Positions 9,745 to 20,488 of a DNA stretch of 53,530 bases are shown piece by piece; positions within the stretch are counted from its first letter, which is position 1; the number at the start of each line of letters is the position of its first letter. The position numbers and the translations under genes are program-made. Source of the stretch: a virus (taxonomy: Duplodnaviria > Caudoviricetes); IMG/VR virus record IMGVR_UViG_3300035670_000278, positions 1-53,530 of that record; one strand, given 5' to 3'. Under the pieces are notes generated by a model that saw nothing but the letters and a program-made list of their open reading frames with translations, was not told the origin of the DNA and searched no databases.

Positions 9745-11073
9745 TCAGTTAAAAAGTTCATTTACGGAACCGAGGAAAGAACCGTTCCATTTTGATTTGG
9801 ATTTTGTTATTACTTCCTGAGACCCGCCAAGGTCTGAGGACTTCTTAATTGCGGTCTCTGATTCTACCGCTACGACACGCTTTTCAACGCCATCAATTGT
9901 GCCCTTGATATCTTCTACAGCCTTTGAAAGTGCTGCATGTTGTTCTGCCAATTCTGAAATTCGAGTATCTACGCTCTTGCTGAAAGTTTCAACTGTTTCC
10001 TTGATGGCGGAAACTTGAGCTGCATTTGCCTCTGATGCCTTATTAAGAGTATCTGAGAAGAATCCCTTAAGATCACCGAGCATCTTTGCAAAATCAGGTT
10101 CATCAACCTCAACTTCTGATACATCGGCTGCTTTTTCCAGAACTTCAGCAGAAGTATCTTCGACAACTGGTGCTTCCTCAGCAACAGGTGCCTCTTCAAC
10201 AACAGGAGCTTCTTCAACAGGAGCTGCTGCTTCTTCGACAACAGGAGTCTCTTCGACTACTGCGTTTTCTGTGTTTTCTGACACTTCATTACCTCCTTCT
10301 GCGTTTGCCTGTTTTGCAATTTTGTTTGTATCAGGCAACGTTACTCTTGAATTCTTATATGAATCAAGAATCTTATCTATTTCCTTTGACTTGTTTACAT
10401 CGTTACTCTCTACCCATCCAATTAGTGTTGCTGGTTTTCCAGTAACTGGGGAGTCATAAGATGAATCTGTTGAGATGAATACCGAATCAGAATCTGCACA
10501 ATAAAAAATATTTTCTGTAATTACTTCTGCCGCCATACCCTTAAATACAAGTTGTCCGTTCATTTTCTGAATTGACAAAACATTGCAAAGTTCATTTGCA
10601 GGAGAATCAACAATTGATAGCTCCATCAAAGAGTAGTCTTTAATAAATCGTGTTGTCTTCCCTGTAGCCTTATTTACTTCATTGTCTGCGTCTACAATCT
10701 TTCCGCCGATTGAAAATCCTTGTAGGGTTCCGTCCAAAATCTTTTCCCATGTATCTTGTGCGCCTTTTGATACATAAACATCAACATAAATTCCATTATA
10801 AAATTCTTTTGACTTTGGATCATAATATGTTTCTGGCTTAAATGAGAGCATCTTGCCAACAGCGTTTGGTCCATGCATTTCACGAATGTTGCCACGGAAA
10901 GATTCAAATGCCTTAAGTGATGCTTCTGCAAGAACCACATCGCCTGTCTGATCTAGATTGTCTAGCGTTGCAAATCCAGAAACAGTTCTCTTTTCACGAT
11001 TAACCTTAGTAAAGGGTACGGAAAGGCTGATATTGTCGCCATGAGAGGACCACAAAGATTTCTCAATATTCAT
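9745..11073 (-). CDS. Prohead protease with C-terminal scaffold-like extension
   Basis: VSGFAT, IREMH, GFSIGG, ELSIVDSPAN motifs of HK97-type proteases; acidic EEAPV repeats and coiled coil at the C-terminus. Confidence 0.88.
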   Translation of the reverse strand: MNIEKSLWSSHGDNISLSVPFTKVNREKRTVSGFATLDNLDQTGDVVLAEASLKAFESFRGNIREMHGPNAVGKMLSFKPETYYDPKSKEFYNGIYVDVYVSKGAQDTWEKILDGTLQGFSIGGKIVDADNEVNKATGKTTRFIKDYSLMELSIVDSPANELCNVLSIQKMNGQLVFKGMAAEVITENIFYCADSDSVFISTDSSYDSPVTGKPATLIGWVESNDVNKSKEIDKILDSYKNSRVTLPDTNKIAKQANAEGGNEVSENTENAVVEETPVVEEAAAPVEEAPVVEEAPVAEEAPVVEDTSAEVLEKAADVSEVEVDEPDFAKMLGDLKGFFSDTLNKASEANAAQVSAIKETVETFSKSVDTRISELAEQHAALSKAVEDIKGTIDGVEKRVVAVESETAIKKSSDLGGSQEVITKSKSKWNGSFLGSVNELFN

Positions 11074-11098
11074 ATGCTTAATTATAAATTTTTATATA

Positions 11099-11123
11099 TA
11101 AAAAGGCAAATAATCAGTTGCCT
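11099..11123 (-). terminator. Probable terminator after portal
   Basis: AGGCAA-N8-TTGCCT followed by TTTT on the minus strand. Confidence 0.5.
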
Positions 11124-11128
11124 AATAA

Positions 11129-12709
11129 TTATTCGACCTGTCTACCTGCACCCTGCTCATTTCGGCCTTCTCCAGAAATATCTGGCGAGTTATTCTCTCT
11201 TTCCTGATCCCGCCTTCTGGTATTTCCAGCCTGAGCCCTTACTTCTGACTGTTGTTGTGGTTTTAAAACTACAACCTCATCACCACTATCCAAAGCCACC
11301 ATACCCTTGCGGGTTCTAATTTCATTTGGAGTAATTACCTGCATTCTCAAATATCTCTCATCAATCTTAGATTGAGTATCTTCATCCGTGAGAGCCAATT
11401 CATTAAATTTAAGTTGTAGGGCATCTGTCATTTCTTGAATAAGTCTATTTAATTTCTTTTCAAGAATATCCTGTGCTGGACGACATACCTGCTCTTTAAA
11501 TGTTTTATCTGCATCTCTTGCTGCCGCCAAATTAATTCCTTCTGGAGTTCCAATTTTATTTATTGGGGTTCTATGAGCCATCAATATTTCATCACGGTTC
11601 ATTTTACGATATGTGTTAAATGATGACTCTTGGGTTCCCGCCTCAACTGGCTCCATCTTAAATTCTGTCTTAGAATCTGGAGTATCTGGCGGTAGTGGAA
11701 TATAGAGTGAACGATGATTCTTTCCCTTTAATCCTACCTGGAAAAACTCAAGCAATTTACGCTCAGACTCCGTAGAAAGCTTTGCGCCTTTTACAGTAAT
11801 AATATATCTTGGAACAGCCTTGTTCTCAAAATAATCAAGGTTGTACTTGCTTGCCAATTCATTTCCAGCCATTGCATTTGAGGCTGAAACAATATCTGGG
11901 ATTCCATAATAATTATTTTGTGGCGTGTATTTCTTAATGTGAATAATCTCATTAGGTCTATCTAATCCGCCTGCAATTGGGTTAGGAGTTTCCTGATCTC
12001 CAAAGTTACGGAAGAACACTGCTTTGCCATAAAGTAATTGAACAAAGCCGTCACGGAGACGTCGGACACGCATTGTCTTTGACGGAATATGTCCAATATA
12101 TCCAATCTTGCCAGAAGTTGTTCTGCCTATTTCTAAGAACCCGTTTCCTGTTGCTTCGATATCTGTATAAAACTTAATTAATGTTTCTTTAAATGTTTCT
12201 TCTTCATTGCAATCTTCTAGCCAGTCGTGTAGATCTTGACGAATTCTGTCTAGCTTTCTACGTGCTCTAACAACCTGCTCATCAGACAATTCTTCCATTG
12301 CTTCAACGGTTCTGCGAGTTTCAATAAAATCAAATCCTAATCCTACAATATTTGAAACCTTAGCATTAATTGCTGCGTAATTGTAAGGAGAGATTTCGTA
12401 TATCTTAGAAAGATACTCAAGGTTGTATGGGGGTTCGACAAGATCGAACATGGCATAACCTGTAATTGCCGCCTGCAATAAATTCTGTTGTGTTTCTGCG
12501 CCATCAATTCCAGCAAATCTTTTCTGGATATCTCTATTCATTTTACGACGAAATGCTGGAGAGAGTCCAGAAACCTTTACCAAATCATCGCCTTCTATTT
12601 TAAATGGATCATTACTTTTTTCAATTGGCTGATTATGAAACCTCATCCAATCAGAAGTATTAGAAATGTGAATTTCCTGACTATTGTCGTCTTCAATATA
12701 ATCTGACAT
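11129..12709 (-). CDS. Portal protein (PBSX/HK97-like)
   Basis: TGNGFLEI, NEIIHIK, YYGIP, YFENKAVP, RDEILMAHRTP, ITPNEIR motifs. Start moved to ATG 12709 (TAATG overlap). Confidence 0.92.
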   Translation of the reverse strand: MSDYIEDDNSQEIHISNTSDWMRFHNQPIEKSNDPFKIEGDDLVKVSGLSPAFRRKMNRDIQKRFAGIDGAETQQNLLQAAITGYAMFDLVEPPYNLEYLSKIYEISPYNYAAINAKVSNIVGLGFDFIETRRTVEAMEELSDEQVVRARRKLDRIRQDLHDWLEDCNEEETFKETLIKFYTDIEATGNGFLEIGRTTSGKIGYIGHIPSKTMRVRRLRDGFVQLLYGKAVFFRNFGDQETPNPIAGGLDRPNEIIHIKKYTPQNNYYGIPDIVSASNAMAGNELASKYNLDYFENKAVPRYIITVKGAKLSTESERKLLEFFQVGLKGKNHRSLYIPLPPDTPDSKTEFKMEPVEAGTQESSFNTYRKMNRDEILMAHRTPINKIGTPEGINLAAARDADKTFKEQVCRPAQDILEKKLNRLIQEMTDALQLKFNELALTDEDTQSKIDERYLRMQVITPNEIRTRKGMVALDSGDEVVVLKPQQQSEVRAQAGNTRRRDQERENNSPDISGEGRNEQGAGRQVE

Positions 12710-13044
12710 TATTTGCCTGCCTTTTTCATTTCGTCCTTGTAATTTCCAATATCGAGCGGGTCTGGGACCAATCCCCATTCCAGCCTCTGCTTCTGGTATT
12801 CAAATTCTTCATCATCAATCTTTCTTCGACCTGATAAAAATTTTGGCTGACCTTCATAAATACCGTATGATTGAACCGCATTTGCCAAAGCATCTATCCT
12901 TGCCTTGTTGTTTTTCATGGCAGTAACAGAAAGGTAATTTCCGTCATCATCGCCAATCCAGCGTCCATCTGGCATTTCCCAGACGTATATACCTAGGCGG
13001 GTCTCTTCTCCAAGATCAGTGTATTTAATCTTTCCAGTATCCAT
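12709..13044 (-). CDS. Hypothetical protein upstream of portal
   Basis: 111 aa; probably leaderless; translationally coupled to portal. Confidence 0.7.
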   Translation of the reverse strand: MDTGKIKYTDLGEETRLGIYVWEMPDGRWIGDDDGNYLSVTAMKNNKARIDALANAVQSYGIYEGQPKFLSGRRKIDDEEFEYQKQRLEWGLVPDPLDIGNYKDEMKKAGK

Positions 13045-13106
13045 TGTTTTTATTTTACCACTCTTTATGGTCTAAGTCCAGCTTTTTGTCATGCTATATG
13101 ACAAAA

Positions 13107-14852
13107 TTATACAGATTGGAGCACGATCCAGTCATTATTATAATATACTGGACTCAATTCTGTCAGGGTGATTGCAGATTCTGATATTGATTCTACTGGC
13201 TTACCTGTATATAGTTCAAAATGTGTCTCTACCTTATCCGCCGTTAATTCAGAATCGTATATAGCAATGTTCTTATATAAATTGCTTGGGCCACCAGTAG
13301 TTTCATAATTAAATTGAAGAGTCCCAGATATTGAATTTGTAAATATAATAACGATATGATGAGGCTCTTCTTCTACTAAATAATTAGTTATATCTGTAGC
13401 CGACGAGACATCTACATCATTTATGTATACCTTGCTTATATTGGCCTTAGAAATTGCCCCAGAGCCATTCCAGCCGAATCTGGTGGTTGTACCTTCAGAT
13501 CCATACAAAAGGGTGCTAGCGGCCAACGTGAGGGGTGTAAAGAGCATTTCTACAGACTTCACAGAATTGGCGGTGGTCAAATCAAATCCCGCTCCATCTT
13601 TAGCCCTAATTCCATTCATATAATTACGAGATAGAGTAGGATAATTTAAAGATCCTAAATAATAATCTGAATTAGATGTAATTTTGTCTCCATAATTATC
13701 TGCATAAATAGTTCGATCTGAATAAAATGTCACACAGAAAAATGATAATTTAGGCAAGAACTTGCTGGCATCTGTAGTAGACATTGTTATTTTTATATAA
13801 ACCTTATTGTTCGAATCAAAGGAATCTTTTGTATATTGTGGTAGTGGTTGTCCATTACTGCATGCCGCCCAATTTATTCCATCAACGCTTGACTCTACGG
13901 ATATTCCTAAATCATTTCGCCATTCAACTTTAGATGTAACTAATCCAATTTGAGACGGGATTAAGAAAAAGTCTTCCATAACAAATGTTTTAGATTGAAC
14001 GGTTTCTGTTTCATAAAAAGTAATATGTCTTTTATTTATATCGTAATAAGTGTTGTCATCTACAAAATCTGTCCATGGTCTATTTACTGGATAAGAGTAA
14101 TCAAATGAGGCACGAATATTGGCATCAGTACCACTAAATAAAATTCCATTGTCTGGATATACAACATGAATTGGAGAAACTGTAATGTTTCCATCTACAT
14201 AATGACGTCTCAAAGACGCAGGAGTTAGACTATATCGATATACCGCTGGAGCATCAACAATAAATGTGTCTCCTGAATTTAAGGTTGGTCCAGCCTGTAA
14301 AGTCAATGTAGTATTTATAAATTTAAAATCAGATAAAGATTTAGAGGCAACTGGTACTGAGTCAACATAAAGAGTAATTCCGTTTACAGAATATGTTCCA
14401 GCAAGGTGTAGGGCTTTCTTACTATATGGCACACAATATCTAACTAATTCTGTGTCAGAGACACGAAATACGATATCGCCTTTATGCCAATATAATCCTA
14501 TATCATTTGTAGTATCTGCAAAGAGTGGGGTTTCGTCAGATGATTCTATCGATTGATTAATCCAGACTTCTAGGGTGAAGTCATTATCTGATGTGTATTT
14601 TGTTCCGAATCCCGCCCCAACTGTTGCGCCATAATAATCTTTTGTAATTGGAAATGTTGCATAGGCAGTATTAGTAATACGAGTACCAGAAATTCCGCCT
14701 GGAACAAGTGGAAGCATATTAGATAAAGGTGATCCTACATATGTTCCATTGTTGCCGCATCCAGATATATCTGCGGCGGTGGCACCAGAAGACTCATCGA
14801 GTGGCCAAAAGCCAATCGGATAATCTTTGATTACCTTTAATTGATAACTCAT
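13107..14852 (-). CDS. Virion protein with LamG/concanavalin A-like domains
   Basis: PIGFWPLDESSG...DISG.GNNGTY, FTLEVW, HLAGTY....LYVD signatures. Confidence 0.75.
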   Translation of the reverse strand: MSYQLKVIKDYPIGFWPLDESSGATAADISGCGNNGTYVGSPLSNMLPLVPGGISGTRITNTAYATFPITKDYYGATVGAGFGTKYTSDNDFTLEVWINQSIESSDETPLFADTTNDIGLYWHKGDIVFRVSDTELVRYCVPYSKKALHLAGTYSVNGITLYVDSVPVASKSLSDFKFINTTLTLQAGPTLNSGDTFIVDAPAVYRYSLTPASLRRHYVDGNITVSPIHVVYPDNGILFSGTDANIRASFDYSYPVNRPWTDFVDDNTYYDINKRHITFYETETVQSKTFVMEDFFLIPSQIGLVTSKVEWRNDLGISVESSVDGINWAACSNGQPLPQYTKDSFDSNNKVYIKITMSTTDASKFLPKLSFFCVTFYSDRTIYADNYGDKITSNSDYYLGSLNYPTLSRNYMNGIRAKDGAGFDLTTANSVKSVEMLFTPLTLAASTLLYGSEGTTTRFGWNGSGAISKANISKVYINDVDVSSATDITNYLVEEEPHHIVIIFTNSISGTLQFNYETTGGPSNLYKNIAIYDSELTADKVETHFELYTGKPVESISESAITLTELSPVYYNNDWIVLQSV

Positions 14853-14887
14853 ATTGTTATTATACCAACTAATTGGTATTGAGCAGA

Positions 14888-15157
14888 TTACTCTTCTTGG
14901 CTTGTATTTTGAGCCTTAATCAATGCCGCCACAGTTTGTGCTGTTTGACGAATATCAAGGGCTCTTGAAATTTCATAGCATCCCAGGCGGATATCGGTGA
15001 CATTTGCTACTCTGTCAAGCTTTAGCTTCTGCCCAATATCTGTTACTACTTTGAATTGACCGTCTTTATCTTTGATTACAAAGAATACGGTTTCTACTTC
15101 CGCCGCTTCTGGGGCGGCAACTTCTGTTGATTCAACTGAATCTACATCTTCTGACAT
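14888..15157 (-). CDS. Hypothetical protein
   Basis: 89 aa, AGGA SD, TGnTATACT promoter upstream. Confidence 0.65.
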   Translation of the reverse strand: MSEDVDSVESTEVAAPEAAEVETVFFVIKDKDGQFKVVTDIGQKLKLDRVANVTDIRLGCYEISRALDIRQTAQTVAALIKAQNTSQEE

Positions 15158-15245
15158 AATTATCCTATCTCTTAAAAGTCAGTATATCAAATTGTTTTAT
15201 AAATGTCTATATTAAATTATATAATTTAATTAATTAATTTAAAAT

Positions 15246-16046
15246 CTATACCATATTGTCTGGTGAAAATCCCATAAAAAGCCATCGATAGTAGTTCCAT
15301 CCGCCAAAACCGCCAGTATCACCGTTGCCTTTGTAATAATTACCTTCACCAGTACTAAATACTACGCCAGTATGGTTTGTATCACCACCACCAGTTCTTG
15401 TTTCCATCCAAAGTCTACTATTTACCCCGCCACCAGAAGTTCTATACATTTGCCAAATAGAGTTTCCATGTGTAGATGACCAAGAATAGTTTGTTAATCC
15501 ACTGCCAGTCGATGAAGCAATGACATTTGCGTTAAATTCAGGTGTTCCTGGATTGTTGTCAAACCAAGCTTTTGCCGTTCCTGGAGATATATTTAAAACA
15601 AACCAGTTTTTAGCTCCAGCACTTGAAATATCGGTGCCACTGTTTGATGTTTGACCAAGTATAAACCTACTACTAGTATCACCCGTCCACCCAGTTAATA
15701 TTGAATTATTAGTATAAAAATTATTTTTATATCCAGGGGTTCCGCTATTAGAGGTAGCCTCTGTACCCCACTGACTCCACGACACTATACCATCGTTTGA
15801 AATAGCATAACCGCAAGTAATTATAAATCCGTCTCCAATTGATAAATCAGCATATGCCTGAAAAGCATTTCCTGAATTATATCCTGCATTTTTAAACCAG
15901 TAAATACCAGAAGCAGTTGTGCCTTCATTTTTTAAATATTTTGGTGATGGTGCAGCAGCGGCAGCGGTTAGACCATTTCTGCCACCCTTGTGAGTAACCT
16001 TGCCTTGTGCTCCAAAAATCCCTCTTGCGCTATTAATAAATGGCAT
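15246..16046 (-). CDS. Fibre tip / receptor-binding-like protein (module copy A)
   Basis: N-terminus MPFINSARGIFGAQGK matches that of 22327..23271; SGIYWFK...FQAYADL resembles a fibrinogen-like domain start. Confidence 0.55.
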   Translation of the reverse strand: MPFINSARGIFGAQGKVTHKGGRNGLTAAAAAPSPKYLKNEGTTASGIYWFKNAGYNSGNAFQAYADLSIGDGFIITCGYAISNDGIVSWSQWGTEATSNSGTPGYKNNFYTNNSILTGWTGDTSSRFILGQTSNSGTDISSAGAKNWFVLNISPGTAKAWFDNNPGTPEFNANVIASSTGSGLTNYSWSSTHGNSIWQMYRTSGGGVNSRLWMETRTGGGDTNHTGVVFSTGEGNYYKGNGDTGGFGGWNYYRWLFMGFSPDNMV

Positions 16047-16055
16047 TTTTATCCT

Positions 16056-18254
16056 TTAGTAGTTTAGATTTGAGTTTGCAAGAACTATCCAAGCGCTTCC
16101 AGATCTCATAAATGTAAATGAGAAAATATCTAGCTTGTTTGCAGAAGATGTTGGAACTGGGGCAGCTCCGTTAGGCCAACGAATTGTTTGATTAGTTCCA
16201 GCAATTTGCAAAGTAGTTGGCAAATATCCAGTTGATCCCTGTGTAACAACTACGTTAACAGTCATAACCTTATCATTATCTGTAGGAACATTTGTAAAGT
16301 TAAATGTCATGTTTCCAGTTGGGGCTGTTGAAATATAATAAATATTTCCAAGCGACCAATCGCATGTGGCTGTATTTGTAGATAATGTGACTGGAACTAA
16401 GTTTTCTCTTAATTCTTGAATATCTACAGTACCACTAAGAGATACAGCTCCAGTAGCAGTTAATGATGTTGTAGATAGTCCAGTTGCTGTAATCGCTCCT
16501 GAATCAATTGCACCAGTTTTAATGTCTGTATAAGCAATTCCTGCTCCTGAAAAATTAACAATTCCGTTATATGGAGCTTCTATTGTATCCTTATAGAATT
16601 TTACAACACCATCTGTAGCATCACGTACTACACCAGTGTATTTGGTTACTCCTCCAGCAGTATACTCACCAACAAGGCCTAGATCTACAGCATCTGTTGT
16701 ATTTCCAGTACCGATAAATACTATTGGATCATTAACAGATAGCGTTGTAGTTGAAAGAGTTGTTCCCGAACCACCAAAAACAATATCTCCAGCTATATTT
16801 ACATCACCAGAAATACCTACACCTCCAACAACTGTTAGTGCACCTGTTGTAGGGGAAGTAGAAGGAGTTGCAATTTCGATATGTACATTAAGATCTGGAG
16901 TAATAGACATTTGTTCATTTCCAGAATCATATCCACCAGCGGCAAATACTATTTTATTTTCAGAACCGTTTGCACCAGTTGCAATAACAAGATTTCCAGC
17001 ACCTGTAGTTACTGCGGGTGCTTCATAAAATATATATCCGTCATGTGGTCCTGTAATTCCAAATGTTGCTTGATTAAATGATGAGCCAGTAACGCCCATG
17101 TCAATCCAGCCAGCTGCATCTGTTCCAGTATCTGCATATGCAATATAATCAGTTGAAGAGTTTGCAGACTGATTATGAATTGAAATCTGAGCATAAGGCT
17201 CACCATTTAATTCAAATACTGCTCCTGGATTTGTAAGATCTGCGGATGTTTCAAAAGTTCTAGCATTTGAACCAACATATACTGTTCCTGTAAGAGATGT
17301 ATCTCCAGTAATGTTTACATCTTGTAGGAATTCAACTTCTGTTGTTGAGATAATAACTTGTTCGTTACCACTTTGAAGCCCGCCCGCTGCAATTACAATA
17401 TTATTTGTAAGACCTGTGCTGTCTGTAGCTAGTACAAGATTTCCATCACCAGTAAACTTATTAATCTGTGAGTTAATAACGCTTGTTAGAGATACGTTTC
17501 CACCTGTATAACTAGCAGGAACTGGAACAACAACTTGTGTCGTTGTTGGAGCTGAAGCAACTGTATATCGTCCTTCGAGTGCTGGAACTGATGGAAGAAC
17601 TAAATCAAAAATAACTCCAGTAATCATTTGATGAGGAGTTCCAGTAATAATATTTAAATTGCCAGAGTTTACGCTAAATTGAGAAACTGTAACTTCGCCT
17701 GCAATTGCACCTGACATAAATATATAACCATCACCAGGTCCTGTTAATGAGAAAGTAGGATCGTTAAATGACTGGTTTGTAATGCCCATGTCGACCCAGC
17801 CAGATTCATTGGTGCCATTTGAGGCATATGCAATAAAGTCGGCGGATGAAGAAGTTCCTGTTCCTGTATTAACTAAAGCTGTTTGAACAAAGGAGCTTGA
17901 TTGTCCTTGAATACCTAATGCGACATCTGTTAATGCCGCCGCCGTAATAAATGTTGTAATGTCTTGGCCGATTTTAAATGTATCAAATGAATCAGACCAG
18001 AATGTGAGGGTTCCGTCTGTCTTTAATACTTTACCTGCTTGACCTTCAGTTGGCGGAATTTCAGAGCCTTCCACCATTCGTGTCCAATAATCTGTATCTG
18101 TAATGGCTTCGCCAGTTGATGGAATCTCATTTGTATAAATCCAAACAATGTTGTTATATCGAACAACATCATTTAGTTTATATTCTGTTGTATTACTCCA
18201 ATCACCCTTCCAAATAAAGCGGATTGATCCAAGATTAATAATTTGCGTTGCCAT
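16056..18254 (-). CDS. Tail fibre-like protein (module copy A)
   Basis: 732 aa G/T/S-rich; WKGDW...Y..NDVVRY N-terminus; internal duplication; paralog of 23283..25691. Confidence 0.72.
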   Translation of the reverse strand: MATQIINLGSIRFIWKGDWSNTTEYKLNDVVRYNNIVWIYTNEIPSTGEAITDTDYWTRMVEGSEIPPTEGQAGKVLKTDGTLTFWSDSFDTFKIGQDITTFITAAALTDVALGIQGQSSSFVQTALVNTGTGTSSSADFIAYASNGTNESGWVDMGITNQSFNDPTFSLTGPGDGYIFMSGAIAGEVTVSQFSVNSGNLNIITGTPHQMITGVIFDLVLPSVPALEGRYTVASAPTTTQVVVPVPASYTGGNVSLTSVINSQINKFTGDGNLVLATDSTGLTNNIVIAAGGLQSGNEQVIISTTEVEFLQDVNITGDTSLTGTVYVGSNARTFETSADLTNPGAVFELNGEPYAQISIHNQSANSSTDYIAYADTGTDAAGWIDMGVTGSSFNQATFGITGPHDGYIFYEAPAVTTGAGNLVIATGANGSENKIVFAAGGYDSGNEQMSITPDLNVHIEIATPSTSPTTGALTVVGGVGISGDVNIAGDIVFGGSGTTLSTTTLSVNDPIVFIGTGNTTDAVDLGLVGEYTAGGVTKYTGVVRDATDGVVKFYKDTIEAPYNGIVNFSGAGIAYTDIKTGAIDSGAITATGLSTTSLTATGAVSLSGTVDIQELRENLVPVTLSTNTATCDWSLGNIYYISTAPTGNMTFNFTNVPTDNDKVMTVNVVVTQGSTGYLPTTLQIAGTNQTIRWPNGAAPVPTSSANKLDIFSFTFMRSGSAWIVLANSNLNY

Positions 18255-18565
18255 TAGTTTACCCTCACGATAAGATTAGATTTGTCTGCTTCAGACCATT
18301 CGAATTCCAATTCTCGTGTGGTGAATGTCCATTCACGATAATCAGTACTTCTACGATTTTGATCTGGCAGTACTACTTCTGTTGTTCCATCTTCTATAAT
18401 TTCTAAAGATAATTGTCCAGAAACTGGAAGATACTTAAAACCATAAAACGATCCAAGATTGGATCCTGGAATTTGTTGCCAATAATCGCCTGTCCATTCC
18501 CATGTAGCTTCGCCTAATGTGTAGGTATCACCTACAGATGGCGATGCTGGAAATGTAACTGGCAT
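18254..18565 (-). CDS. Small fibre adaptor protein (module copy A)
   Basis: FP.SP.VG..Y......WEWTG..W motif; paralog of 25695..26057. Confidence 0.6.
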   Translation of the reverse strand: MPVTFPASPSVGDTYTLGEATWEWTGDYWQQIPGSNLGSFYGFKYLPVSGQLSLEIIEDGTTEVVLPDQNRRSTDYREWTFTTRELEFEWSEADKSNLIVRVN

Positions 18566-18577
18566 TTTTGTCTCCTA

Positions 18578-18943
18578 TTATACTTCGACCCAAAGATCGT
18601 CATAGTATATAAACAACTTTGCTATAGAAGAATTGTACCAGATATTGCCTTCTATAGGACTTGCAGGGGCTGTATCTGAGACTGTTACTGTAGATCCTGC
18701 TTCTTCCGCCGTCAAAATAATCTTATTGTTAGTATCATCATAGGATGCCGTTATATTAGAGTGGCTTGAATGATCTAAAAGAGGTGCTACAAAATCCTGA
18801 ATTTCTTCTTGAGTTAAAACTGGGTCTTCTTCTGAGACTGCTAAAATTCTCCAGGCTGTTCCGTCCCAAGAAAAGGTGCGGGTTCCAACAGTAAACTGCT
18901 GTCCACTAGTAGGATTTGACGGGAAATTCAAGGCGGAGGTCAT
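18578..18943 (-). CDS. Small virion/fibre adaptor protein
   Basis: FPSNPT.GQ.F......FSWDG..W and P..G.IWYNS....LFIYYD..WVE motifs shared with other fibre genes here. Confidence 0.6.
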   Translation of the reverse strand: MTSALNFPSNPTSGQQFTVGTRTFSWDGTAWRILAVSEEDPVLTQEEIQDFVAPLLDHSSHSNITASYDDTNNKIILTAEEAGSTVTVSDTAPASPIEGNIWYNSSIAKLFIYYDDLWVEV

Positions 18944-18976
18944 GAAATAATTATACCTTATTTCCCATTAAACCTA

Positions 18977-19005
18977 TTGAATCTAAGGTATAGAAATGGT
19001 ATACT
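18977..19005 (+). promoter_or_regulatory. SigA-type promoter for the plus-strand cassette
   Basis: TTGAAT-N17-TATACT with extended TG, back-to-back with the promoter of 18943. Confidence 0.6.
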
Positions 19006-19031
19006 AAGAATCAAATAGAAAGAGCGTATTA

Positions 19032-19766
19032 GTGGAAAAAAATATAGTTTTTTATCCAACCTTTGATGAGGCTATTGGGTTTATAGATCCACCTAAGCCT
19101 GCAATTAATTTTAATATTCCAGCATGGCTCAGGAATACACCCAAGTATAAATTTAATCAAAGTACGTTTGATGTTAACGGTGGAGAAAATAATTTAACAA
19201 TAAGACATTGTATTCCTATGCTTGAGGGATTTACATCTGGATATGTATTAACAACTCATATGGACCTTATGGTGTCTAAAAATTCTGAGGGTCGACATTT
19301 AATAAAATGGGTTGAGGGTGACATTAATATGTATTCTCCAGTCAGACTTAGACCAGCATATGAAGAGTTAAAGGAAAATACATCTTTTCCTCAAATGCCT
19401 GGTTATGAGCGAACAGAATTTAATTGGGTTCCAGCATGGTCAATTAAAACTCCTAAAGGTTATTCCTGTATGTTTATACATCCTATTAATAGAATAGATC
19501 TTCCATTTTACACATTGGGTGGAATTGTAGATACAGATAAATGGGGAGAAGCTGGAAACCACCCATTTGTATTTAAAAAAAATTGGGAAGGCATAATCCC
19601 TAAAGGAACACCTTATGCACAAATAATTCCATTTAAAAGAGATCTATGGAATAGCTCTATAGATACAACTGATATAAATACTCATAAGATAAATATTAGA
19701 AAACGTGATAGCGTTCTTAGGGGATGGTACAAGAAAAATGCTTGGTCTACAAAAAAATACAAATAA
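19032..19766 (+). CDS. dUTPase-fold-like (DUF6065-like) protein, paralog 1
   Basis: P.W...C.P..EG..SGY, KTPKGYS, GIVDTD, GIIPKGTPYAQIIPFKR. Confidence 0.6.
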   Translation: MEKNIVFYPTFDEAIGFIDPPKPAINFNIPAWLRNTPKYKFNQSTFDVNGGENNLTIRHCIPMLEGFTSGYVLTTHMDLMVSKNSEGRHLIKWVEGDINMYSPVRLRPAYEELKENTSFPQMPGYERTEFNWVPAWSIKTPKGYSCMFIHPINRIDLPFYTLGGIVDTDKWGEAGNHPFVFKKNWEGIIPKGTPYAQIIPFKRDLWNSSIDTTDINTHKINIRKRDSVLRGWYKKNAWSTKKYK

Positions 19767-20487
19767 TGAATTAACTGTATATTGGGCTTCTGCAATTCCT
19801 CCGCATCATGGAAATTGGACCATGCTTTATAGTGAGCCAAAGAACCTGTACAAGATGCTGATGGAACAAAGAAATCCTGAAAGAGAAATAAATAATTATT
19901 TACTCTGCCCCGCAGCTAGTGGTGATTTTAAAAAAACATTTGTTACATCTTTTCCACATGACGCCTCATATAAATATAATTTTGAAAATGGTAATCAGGA
20001 GATATTCCCAACAAGTAAAGAATATATTAATTTTAATATAAAAAGAAATCCTACGGTTTTACAGGGTCCAACAGTGGAATTCTCTATGGCATATTCATTT
20101 TTTTGTGAAGAAGATCTAATCGCTAGATTTACTCCACCTATGTTTCACCAGCCTAAACACACTCGTTATGCCACTGTAATTCCTGGAAGCTTTAATATAG
20201 GATCTTGGTTTAGGCCATACCCATTAGAAATGCAATTATGGAATAACTCTGGAGAAATATTTTTTGAAGAAGATGAACCTCTTTTTTATGTAACTTTTGA
20301 AACGGATAGACCAATTAAACTTAAAAGATTTGTATTTACTGAAGAAATACATGCGCTTCAAACTCATTGTATTAAATACTATAGCCAGGAATACAGTCTT
20401 ATTAAAAGATATAATACATTTAAAAAATCTGACATGCATAAATTAGTTTTGCATGAAATAAAGAAAAACCTAATAGATAAGGACTAG
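19738..20487 (+). CDS. Divergent dUTPase-fold-like protein, paralog 2
   Basis: VYWAS, CPA, PG.FNIG.WFRP, FEEDEPLFYVTF. ATG 19738 preferred over GTG 19705. Confidence 0.55.
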   Translation: MLGLQKNTNNELTVYWASAIPPHHGNWTMLYSEPKNLYKMLMEQRNPEREINNYLLCPAASGDFKKTFVTSFPHDASYKYNFENGNQEIFPTSKEYINFNIKRNPTVLQGPTVEFSMAYSFFCEEDLIARFTPPMFHQPKHTRYATVIPGSFNIGSWFRPYPLEMQLWNNSGEIFFEEDEPLFYVTFETDRPIKLKRFVFTEEIHALQTHCIKYYSQEYSLIKRYNTFKKSDMHKLVLHEIKKNLIDKD

Positions 20488-20488
20488 T

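Noticed and set aside
13084-13106. AT-rich inverted repeat TTTTGTCAT/ATGACAAAA as terminator
   Set aside because: Weak stem and no U-tract in the transcribed direction; function cannot be supported.
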